Shown in pieces: positions 12,455 to 22,356 of a stretch of DNA of 64,000 nucleotides. Made by a program: the position numbers and the translations under genes. Within the stretch, counting starts at the first letter, position 1; each line of letters starts with the position of its first letter. Below the pieces are notes generated by a model. That model was not told where the DNA came from. It did no database searches and worked only from the letters and a program-made list of their open reading frames with translations. The DNA is from Armatimonadota bacterium (GTDB lineage: Bacteria; Armatimonadota; UBA5829; DSUL01). The stretch spans positions 512,001 to 576,000 of the forward strand of contig JBDHZC010000001.1 in the NCBI GenBank assembly GCA_039811685.1. Direction: 5' to 3'.

Positions 12455-13411
12455 TTACTCTCCGCTTTTCTGCGGCGCCGTAGCTGGCTTTAGCAGATAG
12501 GTATCGAACCACTCCGCAATCGTCTGGACGTTGGCCGACATATTGCTCCAGCCATGATCGGCGCCGTGTACAACAACGAGCCTCACCGGTACACCTGCCT
12601 TCTCGAGTGCCTGCTTCATCTCTTCAGACTGCTGCAGCGGGACGAGCTGATCTTTGTCACCGTGAAAGATGAGGGTCGGCGGGTCATCTGCAGAAACGTA
12701 GGTAACAGGTGAGATCTCGCGCAATATCGCCAGGCGGCGTGTTTCATCTGTCACCGGTAGAAAGCGCCCGCTAGCCTTGTCGAGTTCGACAAAATCGAAC
12801 GGCGCCCTGAATGGCTTGAGTGTATCCTGCAAAGCCTGAAACACATTGCGCCCAGCTTCTCCGTAGTTCAGAAAATCAGTCGGGGGGAAAAAGCAGCCAA
12901 CAGCCTGCACCCGGCTGGATTCCCTCTCCACAGGGTCCTTCGCTGAAGAATCGCCGGCGTTTCCGGAAGTCGCCATCAGCAAGGACAAATGCCCTCCGGC
13001 AGACCCGCCCGTTATGCCCAGCTTGTCCGGATCGACACCGACATTGACCGCATAGTGCCGGATAAACCGGACCGCGCGGTGCATATCTTCTGCAATTTCC
13101 GGAATTGTGAACTTCGGCTGGCTTCCGTGAGCGACGGCAAAAACGGTATAGCCGCGCTCGAGAAATTCAGATACAGTCTCAAGGCTGACCATCTCTGGCG
13201 CAGAGAACCAACCCCCACTGAGTACCAGAATCACTCCTGCGCCGTTCTGATGCTGGGGGCGAAAGACACTCAGGGTCAGCGCCATGCCGTACTTGCGCCC
13301 GTAGATAACGTCCGCGTGCTGTGTTACGCCGGGAGGAAGTCCGGCCGTATGCCCACACGCTGGTACAGACATCAATAGCGCCAGCAGCGCCCATATTCTG
13401 ACAAATCTCAT
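12455..13411 (-). CDS. Secreted alpha/beta hydrolase (carbohydrate esterase/lipase-like)
   Basis: GGSAGGHL nucleophile elbow, HGDKDQLVP, GADHG; signal peptide. Confidence 0.9.
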   Translation of the reverse strand: MRFVRIWALLALLMSVPACGHTAGLPPGVTQHADVIYGRKYGMALTLSVFRPQHQNGAGVILVLSGGWFSAPEMVSLETVSEFLERGYTVFAVAHGSQPKFTIPEIAEDMHRAVRFIRHYAVNVGVDPDKLGITGGSAGGHLSLLMATSGNAGDSSAKDPVERESSRVQAVGCFFPPTDFLNYGEAGRNVFQALQDTLKPFRAPFDFVELDKASGRFLPVTDETRRLAILREISPVTYVSADDPPTLIFHGDKDQLVPLQQSEEMKQALEKAGVPVRLVVVHGADHGWSNMSANVQTIAEWFDTYLLKPATAPQKSGE

Positions 13412-13531
13412 TTCGCGTCCCCAAAAACTCAAAAGTGCTCCATTCTAACGAGTGGCTCACCTTAGCGCAAGGCCTCACCCAGCCTTTTTCTCTAAGCCTG
13501 GTTTTTCGGACAAGAATTGTCCCGGGGTTTG

Positions 13532-13560
13532 TTGCGAGTGTTCCGGGAATGCGGTATAAA
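13532..13560 (+). promoter_or_regulatory. Sigma70-type promoter of tRNA-fMet
   Basis: TTGCGA-17 bp-TATAAA ending 11 nt before the tRNA. Confidence 0.65.
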
Positions 13561-13571
13561 GAATAAGTCGA

Positions 13572-13868
<297 letters not shown>

Positions 13869-13963
13869 TCATCTGCACTCCACGCGCGCACACTGCCGGA
13901 AATCGCGTTTGTCCCTCCACCCAAAGCACGAGGATCGCTCTCGAAAAGTTCACATTACCAGAC

Positions 13964-14002
13964 AGATGAGTACCCCCAAATAAGCCGGAGTCTGTCACAC
14001 GC
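13964..14002 (+). repeat. Direct repeat copy 1
   Basis: AGATGAGTACCCCCAAATAAGCCGGAGTCTGTCACACGC; 28-bp core matches copy 2 at 27/28. Confidence 0.9.
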
Positions 14003-14150
14003 ATTGCAATGCTAATGAGCTGACTAGTTTCGGCGGTGCATGAAGGACTATCAAAGGAGTGGGCGCTGCGCGCGAGGCACCTTGCGTCAAGCTGCCATCC
14101 TGGTGACAGGCCGCTGCTTGCAGCGACATAGGTGAATTGATTGATCTGGC

Positions 14151-14213
14151 TTTACTGGGTCTGTTGAACGCTGTAGAATGAAACAGTGGCTATAACAAAA
14201 AGAACAAATGTTG
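14151..14213 (+). promoter_or_regulatory. Putative sigma70 promoter with downstream LexA-like box
   Basis: TTTACT-17 bp-TAGAAT (14151-14179); GAAC-AAAT-GTTG (14202-14213). Confidence 0.4.
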
Positions 14214-14241
14214 ATCAATAAGCTACAACCTGATTTTTTCT

Positions 14242-14445
14242 GTGAATGTGACCTTCTCTACGCTCAAGTGGTTCGTCGCTGACAGAGACAGGGTGCAAGA
14301 GTACGTGGACATGAAAACACGTGGAAAGGTTGCTGATAACGATGGATCGGATAGACAAGATAGTGGCGGGACTAAAGGAGGACGAAGCAAACCCGTATCT
14401 GCACGAGTGCGGTTTACCGGAACACCACCTGGACGTACGTGCTAG
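14242..14445 (+). pseudogene. Possible C-terminal remnant of a phage replication initiator
   Basis: Short ORF (TFSTLKWFVADRDRVQEY plus G/S-rich tail) overlapping the start of the DnaC-like gene, as in phage initiator-loader pairs. Confidence 0.3.
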
Positions 14446-15172
14446 GAACGCTGCGCCTGGTGAGTGCTGGTGCGGCGGCGCCGGCGGCAGAGGCAGGCGT
14501 TACACGGTTGACGGTGATCTGGTGGCGTTCGCACACTACTGCTCGTGCCAGGCGGGGCAGGATTTGCGCGAGGCTATACGGCGGATCAGGCAGGAGGTTG
14601 CAGATCGCAAAGCCGATGATAGAGTCAAGGTACTCTGGCGCGTGTCCGGTATCCCGAAACGCTATGCTTCATGGACGTTAGAGTCCTCGCCTGTCATGTC
14701 AGTGGCAAAGAGCCTGGAAGAGAAGTTCGAGAAAGATCGCTGGCTGTTCATCTGCGGGCCTCTTGGCACTGGCAAGACCGGGTTGGCTGTGGGTTATGCA
14801 CGTCTGTGGATGCAGAAGACACGGGGTGAAGAGAATGTAAAGTTCATAGATGTGCCTTCGATGTCTCTGGATGTCAAGGGTGAGTATGACTCTGCATCCT
14901 CCTCTCGTGAGATGCTGCGCAGGTATTGGCAGTGCGGATTTCTGGTGCTAGACGATCTGGGCGCGGAATACACGCGCAACTCTGACTGGCTTCAGGAAGT
15001 CCTCTGGCGCATCATAGGCAAGCGGTATTGCGGCGAGTTGCCAACGGTCATAACGTCTAACTACTCGCTCGCAGAGCTGGCGGCGCCCGAACGCTGCGGC
15101 CCCAGGCTTGCGGATCGGATCGCGGAATGTTGCGGCAAAGATGGAGTCGTCGTCGTCAAAGGCAAATCGTAG
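14342..15172 (+). CDS. DnaC/IstB-like AAA+ ATPase (phage helicase-loader type)
   Basis: CWC..CSC Zn motif, SGIPKRY, Walker A GPLGTGKT, Walker B FLVLDDLGAE, PTVITSN, RLADRI. Confidence 0.88.
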   Translation: MDRIDKIVAGLKEDEANPYLHECGLPEHHLDVRARNAAPGECWCGGAGGRGRRYTVDGDLVAFAHYCSCQAGQDLREAIRRIRQEVADRKADDRVKVLWRVSGIPKRYASWTLESSPVMSVAKSLEEKFEKDRWLFICGPLGTGKTGLAVGYARLWMQKTRGEENVKFIDVPSMSLDVKGEYDSASSSREMLRRYWQCGFLVLDDLGAEYTRNSDWLQEVLWRIIGKRYCGELPTVITSNYSLAELAAPERCGPRLADRIAECCGKDGVVVVKGKS

Positions 15173-15344
15173 TATCGTACCCTCATAGTTCTAACAAATC
15201 CATTCCGTTAGCCGAGCAGGCAAGCCGGTCAGAACCAGCAGCTGTTCCAAGTACTATCCAACGCGTAACAGCCTTCATTAGTAATACTTCAATTTCGAAA
15301 CCCTTACCCCTTGCCAATTATTACCTCGCGCTCTCATCTCGGTA

Positions 15345-15384
15345 AGATGAGTAAATCCCAAATAAGCCGGAATCTGTCACACGC
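15345..15384 (+). repeat. Direct repeat copy 2
   Basis: AGATGAGTAAATCCCAAATAAGCCGGAATCTGTCACACGC. Confidence 0.9.
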
Positions 15385-15536
15385 GCCACATGTCTGACAA
15401 GCCGACACCTTCAGAGTGAAACGAATTACCAGTTGACAAACGGCGTGTGCTGCCTGAACATGGAGGCAGGAGCGCGCAGAGAGTAGGACTGTCGGCGCTT
15501 CTCCCAAAACTGGCCAATTCAGAAAGACCCCCTTCC

Positions 15537-18500
15537 ATGAGCTTGCTGCACTTACGTTTGATTCGTCTGAGCGCGCTGTGTTGCCTGTTGTCTGGTAGCG
15601 CTCTGCAGGCCGCCACTATCACCTATGGCCCGGTTGTAGCCCCTGTTGACCCACCAGGCGGAAGCCCTCCCACCAGCGCGCGTGTATTCTGGCGCACTGA
15701 TACTCCTACTACTTCGAACACGGCGTACGCCGGAGCGGGTCCTAGCGGCCCATGGACCGTTACAGCCACAGACAACGCGGTAGATACACGGCACGAGGTC
15801 TTGATCAACGGGCTGGCAGCTGGAGCGACGTTCTATGTGTACGTCACTTCGGACGCAGCGTCGTCGGCTCCCGTCAAATCACGGATGGCAGCAAACCTTC
15901 TGGTCAACGGTAGCCTGGAGACATGGCATGCAGTTTCCGGTCAGGGCTGGGGATCTCAGGAACCGGACGGATGGCACGGATGGGAGATTTACCCCTGGAA
16001 TCCGCCTGGCTCCAACAACCCAGATCATATCGCCATCCAAATGGATCGGCCGACGGCTATTCCATCGCCAGCTGTCAAAGACGGCGCACACCGCGCAGGG
16101 ATGGACGAGGGATGGCGGTCGTGTTACGGCGGAATGTACCAAACCGTGAGCGGCCTAGCGCCTGGAGATTACCAGATATCGGCATGGGTGGCGTGGCAGT
16201 TTAGTGGGACGAGTGCACATGACAGACATCTACTGGAAATTGTCGCCAAAGACGGGGCGCATCAGCCCGGCATAGCGCCGACGGGAGAAGTCATTTTCCG
16301 GCAGTTCAGTCCGGGTGAGGAAAAGAAATGGCAGCTTATTAGCGGCACAGTTCACTGCAGCAGTGGGACGGTCACCCTCTACGCCAACCTGCGTTCCGAC
16401 AACTATGACGGATCGTCGTTTGCACACTTTGACGCCTTGCGGATGATGGCGCTGTCGGAACCAGCGGTGAGTTTCTCCAACTTCGCAAGCTCGCGCGTGA
16501 TCAACGGCGCAGCCTACGACGTGACGATCACTTATCAGACGAGTATTCCCGTAACTACGCAGATTGATTGGGGTCCGAGCGCTTCTTACGGGAGCAGCAG
16601 CGCGCAGAATCCGGCGCTTGCTACAAATCATCAAGTTACCCTTAGCGGCGTCCCGCCTTCATCCACGCCCTACCACTACCGCGCACACGCCACTGCTCCA
16701 GGCGATGTGGACGAGTTCTCGGCGGATCAGACTTTCGACGCTTCCGCGCTCACCTTCAGCGGAGTCTCGTCGGCGGTTGAGCCTCAGACCGGGAAAATTT
16801 GTACGGTTTCGTGGACGACGAACTATCCGACGGCGGACAACAGGCTCTACTACCGGGCGCTGGGATCAGGGGAGTATACCGAGGTTGTCGAGCCCGCCGC
16901 GCCCGCATCTACCGCTCACGCTGTGACCGTCACAGGCTTATCGCTTGCAAAGACCTATCAGTTCTATGTCACAGGAGCATCCAGCGATATCCTTCCTGCG
17001 CAATCGGCTCTCTACTCCTTCCAGACTCCCACCAGTCCTGCTCTCGCCAATCTCTACATCGGGATGGCGATGATCGGCGGTCCGCTGTCAAAGGGAGGTG
17101 ATGATGTCGGCCCGGCGCAGCCAGTTCAGAACCTGATCCTGCGCGACGCCTCGATGCTTAACATTGACAAACTCCCGAGCTACAACTGGCCGACGGTTCA
17201 ACCGAACGATCCGGGCGTCGGCCCGAACGTCTATGACTGGTCTAAGGGAGATGAGAAGGCCGACGACCTCATACCGGGAAAGGCAAGAACGACATATTTC
17301 CAGATGTATGGGAGCACGCCTTCCTGGCTGACTCAGGACACTGCGCGCTTCTGGCAGAAGTTTGAGGAGTTTGTCGAGGCTATGGCCGTACACCTCAATA
17401 CGACGTACGGCGACGCGGACTACATCTTTGAGAACGAACCTAACATCTCTCGCGCCCCGTCAGGTTGGAGCTGGGATAACTGGTACATCCACTGCCTTCA
17501 GCACTTCTACGTCGCTGTTCACCGGGCGGATGCGAAGACCGGACGCACAAACCGCGTGGTCGCCGGAAACCTGTCCGGTCAGGCAGCGAGCGGCTTCGCC
17601 AGTCTCTATGCCAAAGGTCTGAAGAACTACTCGGATGTTCTCGGCTATCACCCGTATGCGGCGGACCTTCGCACAGGTCTGGAGGTGTCTGATCTGGCGC
17701 TGATTCACTCGATTCAGACGCAGTACGGGGACGGCGCGAAGAAGATCTATGTCACAGAAGGCTGGGGATCCGGGCGCGCGGCGGGCTTTGACAGAAGCAG
17801 TCCCACGGTTCCAGTTTCTGCACAGGAAGTCGAGAACATGTGGCTGTCGCTGGTCAATGGCTGGGACAACGCGATGACCCCGCGCCAGAACTGGTCTCCA
17901 GAGTATCTCTATGGAATGCGCTTCTTCTGCGGCAACGACAACTGGGGAGCGGGCAACTGGCGAAAGCGCGCCATTCCTCAAAAGGACGGAGCGGGAAACA
18001 TTATCGGCTTTATCGTGGACGGGTACTGGATGACGCCGGACATTGCGCCGCAGTTCTGGAACGGAGGGTTGCTGGACTGGTACGGCAACTCCAAGGACGC
18101 GCTGATGCTGGTGTTCCCTGGCAACGGGCTGGTGTTTATGAACCCAGGCTTCGAGCTGGCGTCCGACCCGCCTGAAGCGAATCTGCCGCACTTCTGGACG
18201 ACAGCATCCGACCCCGCCCCGCCGCAGAACTACTCGCTGGACAGCACTGTCTATCATGGCGGCCGAAACTCCCTTAGGCTCACCGCTCCCGCGAGTGTCT
18301 GGCAGAAGACGGCGAAGCGGTCTGTCCTGCCCGGTGTCAGCTACAGGGCCAGGGTGTGGTGCAGGCTGGAGGCACAGTCCTCCGGGGCTCCGGCTTTCTA
18401 CCTGCGCTTCGCGGACTTGAGCGGATCGCAAAAGAGCACACCGGTTTACGCTGATCCAATCGCTGCCGATGGGCAGTGGCGCCTGATGCAAGCTACAGCC

Positions 18501-20315
18501 GTCGCGCCGGCGTTCGCGAGTGTGGCGGAAGCAGGATGCTCTGTTTCAGGAGCGGGATCGGCGTGGTTCGACGATGTAACGATCTCGATGACGGACTCCG
18601 CTGAGGTTGGCATGGTGCGCGGCTACACGCTGGATGAAGAGCAAAACCCTGTCGCTGGTTGCATCGTGCGCACGACCACGGGCGGATTTCAGACGATCTC
18701 GGATGCGAACGGCTATTACGAACTTCCGGCGGTGGATAGCGGTACCTACGACTTCACCTGTCGCAAGGAGGGCTACGTTCCGTCTCGCATTTCGAACCAG
18801 ACCGTGGCTTCCGAGAGATTGACTTTTGTGAGCTTCCACATGGGGCTGGTGAAGCCGGGGCTGAGCGTGACAGGCGTTTCCTCATCTCAACCTTCCCTGC
18901 CGGACGCGCAGGGACAGACAAGCGTGGAAGTGACCGTCGCCAATTCCAAGCCGTACCCTGTGATGGTGGCGGAGGTCGGCTGCTTTGTGGACTCAGCAGG
19001 GCAAGATTCAACGGGCGACTTCGCCATCGAAGCCTCGCCTTCAAATCCCACCACCATTCCCGCATCCGGGCAGGCGAGCTTCCACTTCACGTTGAAACCG
19101 CTGGAAAGCGCCGTCGGCCGCTCGTTTACGATTAACGCTTACGCTTTCGGGCAGGAAGACCGCCCGAATATGCTCTCTAACGGCAACTTCGATGCGGCGG
19201 ATCCTTTCCAGAACTGGGGATTCTACTCGGAATCGTCCACCTGTCAGTGGCTGGCCGATACGGGCGTATTTGTCAGCGCTCCTCGCGCCCTCAAAAATAT
19301 CGCCGCTGACGCTTCGTCGTCGAAGTTCAACTGGGCGGGCAACTCCAGCGCTTACGGCCCTTCGGCCGTAGCCGCCAAACCCAACACGAACTATATCGTG
19401 GGCGCGTATCACAAAGACAACACAACGGGTCTGGTTGATTTGAACCTCTTCATCGAGGAGTATTTCTATAACGGGTCAAGTTGGCTCTACAATGGCCGGC
19501 ACTTCTCGGCCGTGCCACACCGCACGGTCTGGGCGAACGACTACATGGTCTACCGCACAGGCGATCCGGCGGTGACGGCCGGGCTGTACTCAACGAACCG
19601 TCTGCGGATATCTGTTGGCTCGTTCATACGGAGTAACGGCGCATCCACGACAGCCTGGTGGGACGACGTCTATCTGAAGGAGGAGGGTGACTGGCTGGCG
19701 GATGACCGGGCAGACCAGGGCGCAGCGTTATCAGTGCCGCGAGCGCTGAGCAGCGTGTCACAGGTCAGAGACGCTGCACAGGGCGAACTGGTGACTCTTG
19801 GCGGACTGGTTGTGAGCGCCGGAGACGGGGTATTTCCGGACCGGATCTACGCCGAACAGACAGACCGTGCCGCAGGCGTTGCGATTGTTCGTACGACGGG
19901 AGATTCAGCGGCGGACGGCGCTTCCATCGTGGTCATGGGAACTGTAGCGCGTCTGGACGGCGAGCCAGCGCTTATAAACGCAGAGGTGTCCCTTGGAGGC
20001 AATCCAGGCGTCCCGGAAGCGCTGGCGATGAACGGCAGCGCAGTCACCGGTGGCGCTCTTACCACGCTTGGTCTGCTGGTCTCGTTCACAGGCCGCGTCA
20101 GCTACGCAGCGCCGGACGGAAGCTGGTTTACGGTGGACGATGGCTCCGGAGCGCAGTCTAGCGGTCACAGCGGGATCAAAGTTATTACTCCGGCTGGAGC
20201 AGGCGCGCCGGCGGAAGGCTCTTTCCTGACCGTGATAGGTATCAGTGGATGTGAAGACGACGGCGCACAGGCGGTTATCCGGCCTCGAACACCCGGTGAT
20301 GTGATCCTGCAATAG
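15537..20315 (+). CDS. Very large secreted multidomain protein: FN3-like repeats, CBM-like sandwiches, clan-A-like GH barrel, carboxypeptidase-regulatory-like domain, shared C-terminal domain
   Basis: Signal peptide MSLLHLRL..LQAA; repeated W.T...H.V.L.GL..YY motifs; ENEPN / YHPY / VTEGWG; NPGFE and NGNFD CBM starts; TISDANGYY..V..GTY. Confidence 0.8.
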   Translation: MSLLHLRLIRLSALCCLLSGSALQAATITYGPVVAPVDPPGGSPPTSARVFWRTDTPTTSNTAYAGAGPSGPWTVTATDNAVDTRHEVLINGLAAGATFYVYVTSDAASSAPVKSRMAANLLVNGSLETWHAVSGQGWGSQEPDGWHGWEIYPWNPPGSNNPDHIAIQMDRPTAIPSPAVKDGAHRAGMDEGWRSCYGGMYQTVSGLAPGDYQISAWVAWQFSGTSAHDRHLLEIVAKDGAHQPGIAPTGEVIFRQFSPGEEKKWQLISGTVHCSSGTVTLYANLRSDNYDGSSFAHFDALRMMALSEPAVSFSNFASSRVINGAAYDVTITYQTSIPVTTQIDWGPSASYGSSSAQNPALATNHQVTLSGVPPSSTPYHYRAHATAPGDVDEFSADQTFDASALTFSGVSSAVEPQTGKICTVSWTTNYPTADNRLYYRALGSGEYTEVVEPAAPASTAHAVTVTGLSLAKTYQFYVTGASSDILPAQSALYSFQTPTSPALANLYIGMAMIGGPLSKGGDDVGPAQPVQNLILRDASMLNIDKLPSYNWPTVQPNDPGVGPNVYDWSKGDEKADDLIPGKARTTYFQMYGSTPSWLTQDTARFWQKFEEFVEAMAVHLNTTYGDADYIFENEPNISRAPSGWSWDNWYIHCLQHFYVAVHRADAKTGRTNRVVAGNLSGQAASGFASLYAKGLKNYSDVLGYHPYAADLRTGLEVSDLALIHSIQTQYGDGAKKIYVTEGWGSGRAAGFDRSSPTVPVSAQEVENMWLSLVNGWDNAMTPRQNWSPEYLYGMRFFCGNDNWGAGNWRKRAIPQKDGAGNIIGFIVDGYWMTPDIAPQFWNGGLLDWYGNSKDALMLVFPGNGLVFMNPGFELASDPPEANLPHFWTTASDPAPPQNYSLDSTVYHGGRNSLRLTAPASVWQKTAKRSVLPGVSYRARVWCRLEAQSSGAPAFYLRFADLSGSQKSTPVYADPIAADGQWRLMQATAVAPAFASVAEAGCSVSGAGSAWFDDVTISMTDSAEVGMVRGYTLDEEQNPVAGCIVRTTTGGFQTISDANGYYELPAVDSGTYDFTCRKEGYVPSRISNQTVASERLTFVSFHMGLVKPGLSVTGVSSSQPSLPDAQGQTSVEVTVANSKPYPVMVAEVGCFVDSAGQDSTGDFAIEASPSNPTTIPASGQASFHFTLKPLESAVGRSFTINAYAFGQEDRPNMLSNGNFDAADPFQNWGFYSESSTCQWLADTGVFVSAPRALKNIAADASSSKFNWAGNSSAYGPSAVAAKPNTNYIVGAYHKDNTTGLVDLNLFIEEYFYNGSSWLYNGRHFSAVPHRTVWANDYMVYRTGDPAVTAGLYSTNRLRISVGSFIRSNGASTTAWWDDVYLKEEGDWLADDRADQGAALSVPRALSSVSQVRDAAQGELVTLGGLVVSAGDGVFPDRIYAEQTDRAAGVAIVRTTGDSAADGASIVVMGTVARLDGEPALINAEVSLGGNPGVPEALAMNGSAVTGGALTTLGLLVSFTGRVSYAAPDGSWFTVDDGSGAQSSGHSGIKVITPAGAGAPAEGSFLTVIGISGCEDDGAQAVIRPRTPGDVILQ

Positions 20316-20549
20316 CGGGCGGCAGGCTCACTCCAAAAATGGCGGATGCAGGTGGAATCGGACACTGCGTTTTCGTTCTTTTTTCACAAAATGAGGCCCC
20401 CGCCCTATAAGGAGCTCTTTTGGAGTGTGTAGCCAGCGCCGGTCACGCGAAATCGGTCGCCACGCGGCCCTGGAATCGTGAGGTCGAGCTGTGACAGCAG
20501 ACACCAGCGCCGCCTCGACCTCGCCGCATCAACTCAGAGAAAGTGCGAA

Positions 20550-21995
20550 CTAGACCTTATCAGTCACCACAAACGGGGCGCGATAGTCGCGAGTGAGTAA
20601 CTCATCGGCCCTTTTGTCCCCGATGAACTTCAGTCTCTCAGCGTCGAATCTCAGCTTTCGACCCAGCCTGTACGCTCCGCTCTTCAAATCGACACCGTTT
20701 GAGGCGAGATGCTCCTCAAAGCGCGCGAAGGTCTCGTAGGCGTCCTTGTCGTCCCCGAACGCTTTGGCCTTGTCGTCAAATGCGGCGTTTTTCCCAAGCA
20801 GGTAAGAAATGTTGCCCAGATGACACAGCGATGCTGATATGAAGCCGTCCTCAATATCGCAGTTGAGGTCAGAGGATTTGCGGCTGCGCACAGCGTCCAC
20901 AAAGTTGGCGAAGTGGTCTCCGCTGCCCTTGAACTGTTCCAGCTCTTTGCCGTCGTTGTCGTAAGCGGCCGCGGAATTGTAGCTGGTGGATACCATATAG
21001 CCCTCCGTGCCGTACCAGATATTGCCGATCTTGGCGCCCTTGAGTGGGTCTGTGGCCAACCCGCGAACCTCAAAGATAATCTGCTCATCTCCGTAGTCGA
21101 GAATCAGCACTTCGGTATTTGGAGTCTCTCCATTGTCTTTGTAGCCAAAGCGCCCGCCGTACCCGATGACGCTCTCCGGAAAACTCCGCTTGTTCAGCCC
21201 CCAGCGAGCTTTGTCCATCTCGTGAGCCCCCTGATTGCCGAGATCTCCGTTTCCGTAATCCCAGAACCAGTGCCAGTCATAGTGGAAGCGCTCGCGCATG
21301 GGAGGCTTGTTGGGCGCAGGGCCCAGCCACAGATCGTAGTCCACTGTCTCAGGGACAGGTTGAGGCTGCGTGACCAGCCCAATGCTGGGGCGCGATTTGT
21401 AGCACAAACCCCGGGCCAGAGTAATCTTGCCCAGCTTGCCGTCGTGCAGGTACTGAATGGCGTCACGCATGCCCGGATTGGAGCGGCTCTGCGTCCCGGC
21501 CTGGCAGATACGTCCGTGCTTGCGCGCCGCGCGAACCATCTGGTGGCCTTCAAAAATGTTGTGGCAGACAGGCTTCTCGACGTAAACATCCTTGCCCGCC
21601 TGCATGGCCATAATGCTGATAATGGCGTGGGTGTGGTTGGGTGTCGCGATGGATACGACGTCTATGTCGGGGTTTTCGAGTAGATCGCGAAAGTCCCTGT
21701 AGGCGCGGGGCATCTTCTTCCCGGCCTTCGAAGCCTTCGCCATGGCGGACTTCATATGCGCGGAATCCGCGTCGCAGACAGCAATCAGATCGACATCTTC
21801 GCGTCGGAGCCACTCAGAAACATGCCCGTCGCCTCTGCTACCACAGCCAATGACGGCCGCATTGAGCTTTTCGTTAGCGCTCTTCTGGCGCGCTCCAGAG
21901 CCACCCGCCTGAGCCAGTACTTTTCCGGGAAGCGATGCCGCTGCCAGCATCAACACAGAGTCATTCAGGAACTGTCTTCGTGAGATCTTTCTCAT
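20550..21995 (-). CDS. Tat-exported Gfo/Idh/MocA oxidoreductase
   Basis: SRRQFL twin-arginine signal; IGCGSRG, ATPNHTH, VYVEKP, YDLWLGPAP. Confidence 0.93.
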   Translation of the reverse strand: MRKISRRQFLNDSVLMLAAASLPGKVLAQAGGSGARQKSANEKLNAAVIGCGSRGDGHVSEWLRREDVDLIAVCDADSAHMKSAMAKASKAGKKMPRAYRDFRDLLENPDIDVVSIATPNHTHAIISIMAMQAGKDVYVEKPVCHNIFEGHQMVRAARKHGRICQAGTQSRSNPGMRDAIQYLHDGKLGKITLARGLCYKSRPSIGLVTQPQPVPETVDYDLWLGPAPNKPPMRERFHYDWHWFWDYGNGDLGNQGAHEMDKARWGLNKRSFPESVIGYGGRFGYKDNGETPNTEVLILDYGDEQIIFEVRGLATDPLKGAKIGNIWYGTEGYMVSTSYNSAAAYDNDGKELEQFKGSGDHFANFVDAVRSRKSSDLNCDIEDGFISASLCHLGNISYLLGKNAAFDDKAKAFGDDKDAYETFARFEEHLASNGVDLKSGAYRLGRKLRFDAERLKFIGDKRADELLTRDYRAPFVVTDKV

Positions 21996-22356
21996 AGGAA
22001 CCTTCCACCGTCGCGTTCGTCACACACCAGCGTGAATAATCACCGGATGCTACTATATACGGGAAAGCCTTCAACACAACGACTTTTTTGTCCTGTCCGG
22101 GTTTTGCGGAAATATCGTGAGCGGCGGCAGTGGCATCGAATCGTCCCTGAAGTGGCAACGGTGAACGCGTCACACAAGGGGCAGCAACCATAGCGAAGCT
22201 CCGTGTCGCGCTAAATGAGACGACTGAGTGTTGCCAGACTGGGAGCATAAGTGGCGCTATGGGGCGTAGCAGGCGCAGTAGCTAACTCTTGCGCAGTTGT
22301 CAAAGGGTGATATTCTGTATAAGTAGCATCGGAAAGGGACCCAGGCGCACCTGAGT

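Noticed and set aside
14342..15172. IS21 IstB helper of an insertion sequence
   Set aside because: No IstA transposase or terminal inverted repeats; the Zn-finger and SGIPKRY N-terminus fit phage DnaC-like loaders better
13964..15384. CRISPR repeats
   Set aside because: Only two copies 1.4 kb apart, and no cas genes
17460..18491. Long antisense ORFs (also 10713-11750, 20913-21683, 54932-55699, 61440-62252)
   Set aside because: Shadows of well-supported genes in GC-rich DNA, with no recognisable motifs
20386..20410. Displaced tRNA-fMet 3' end (second att site)
   Set aside because: Only GCCCCCGC matches; too short to be significant at this GC content
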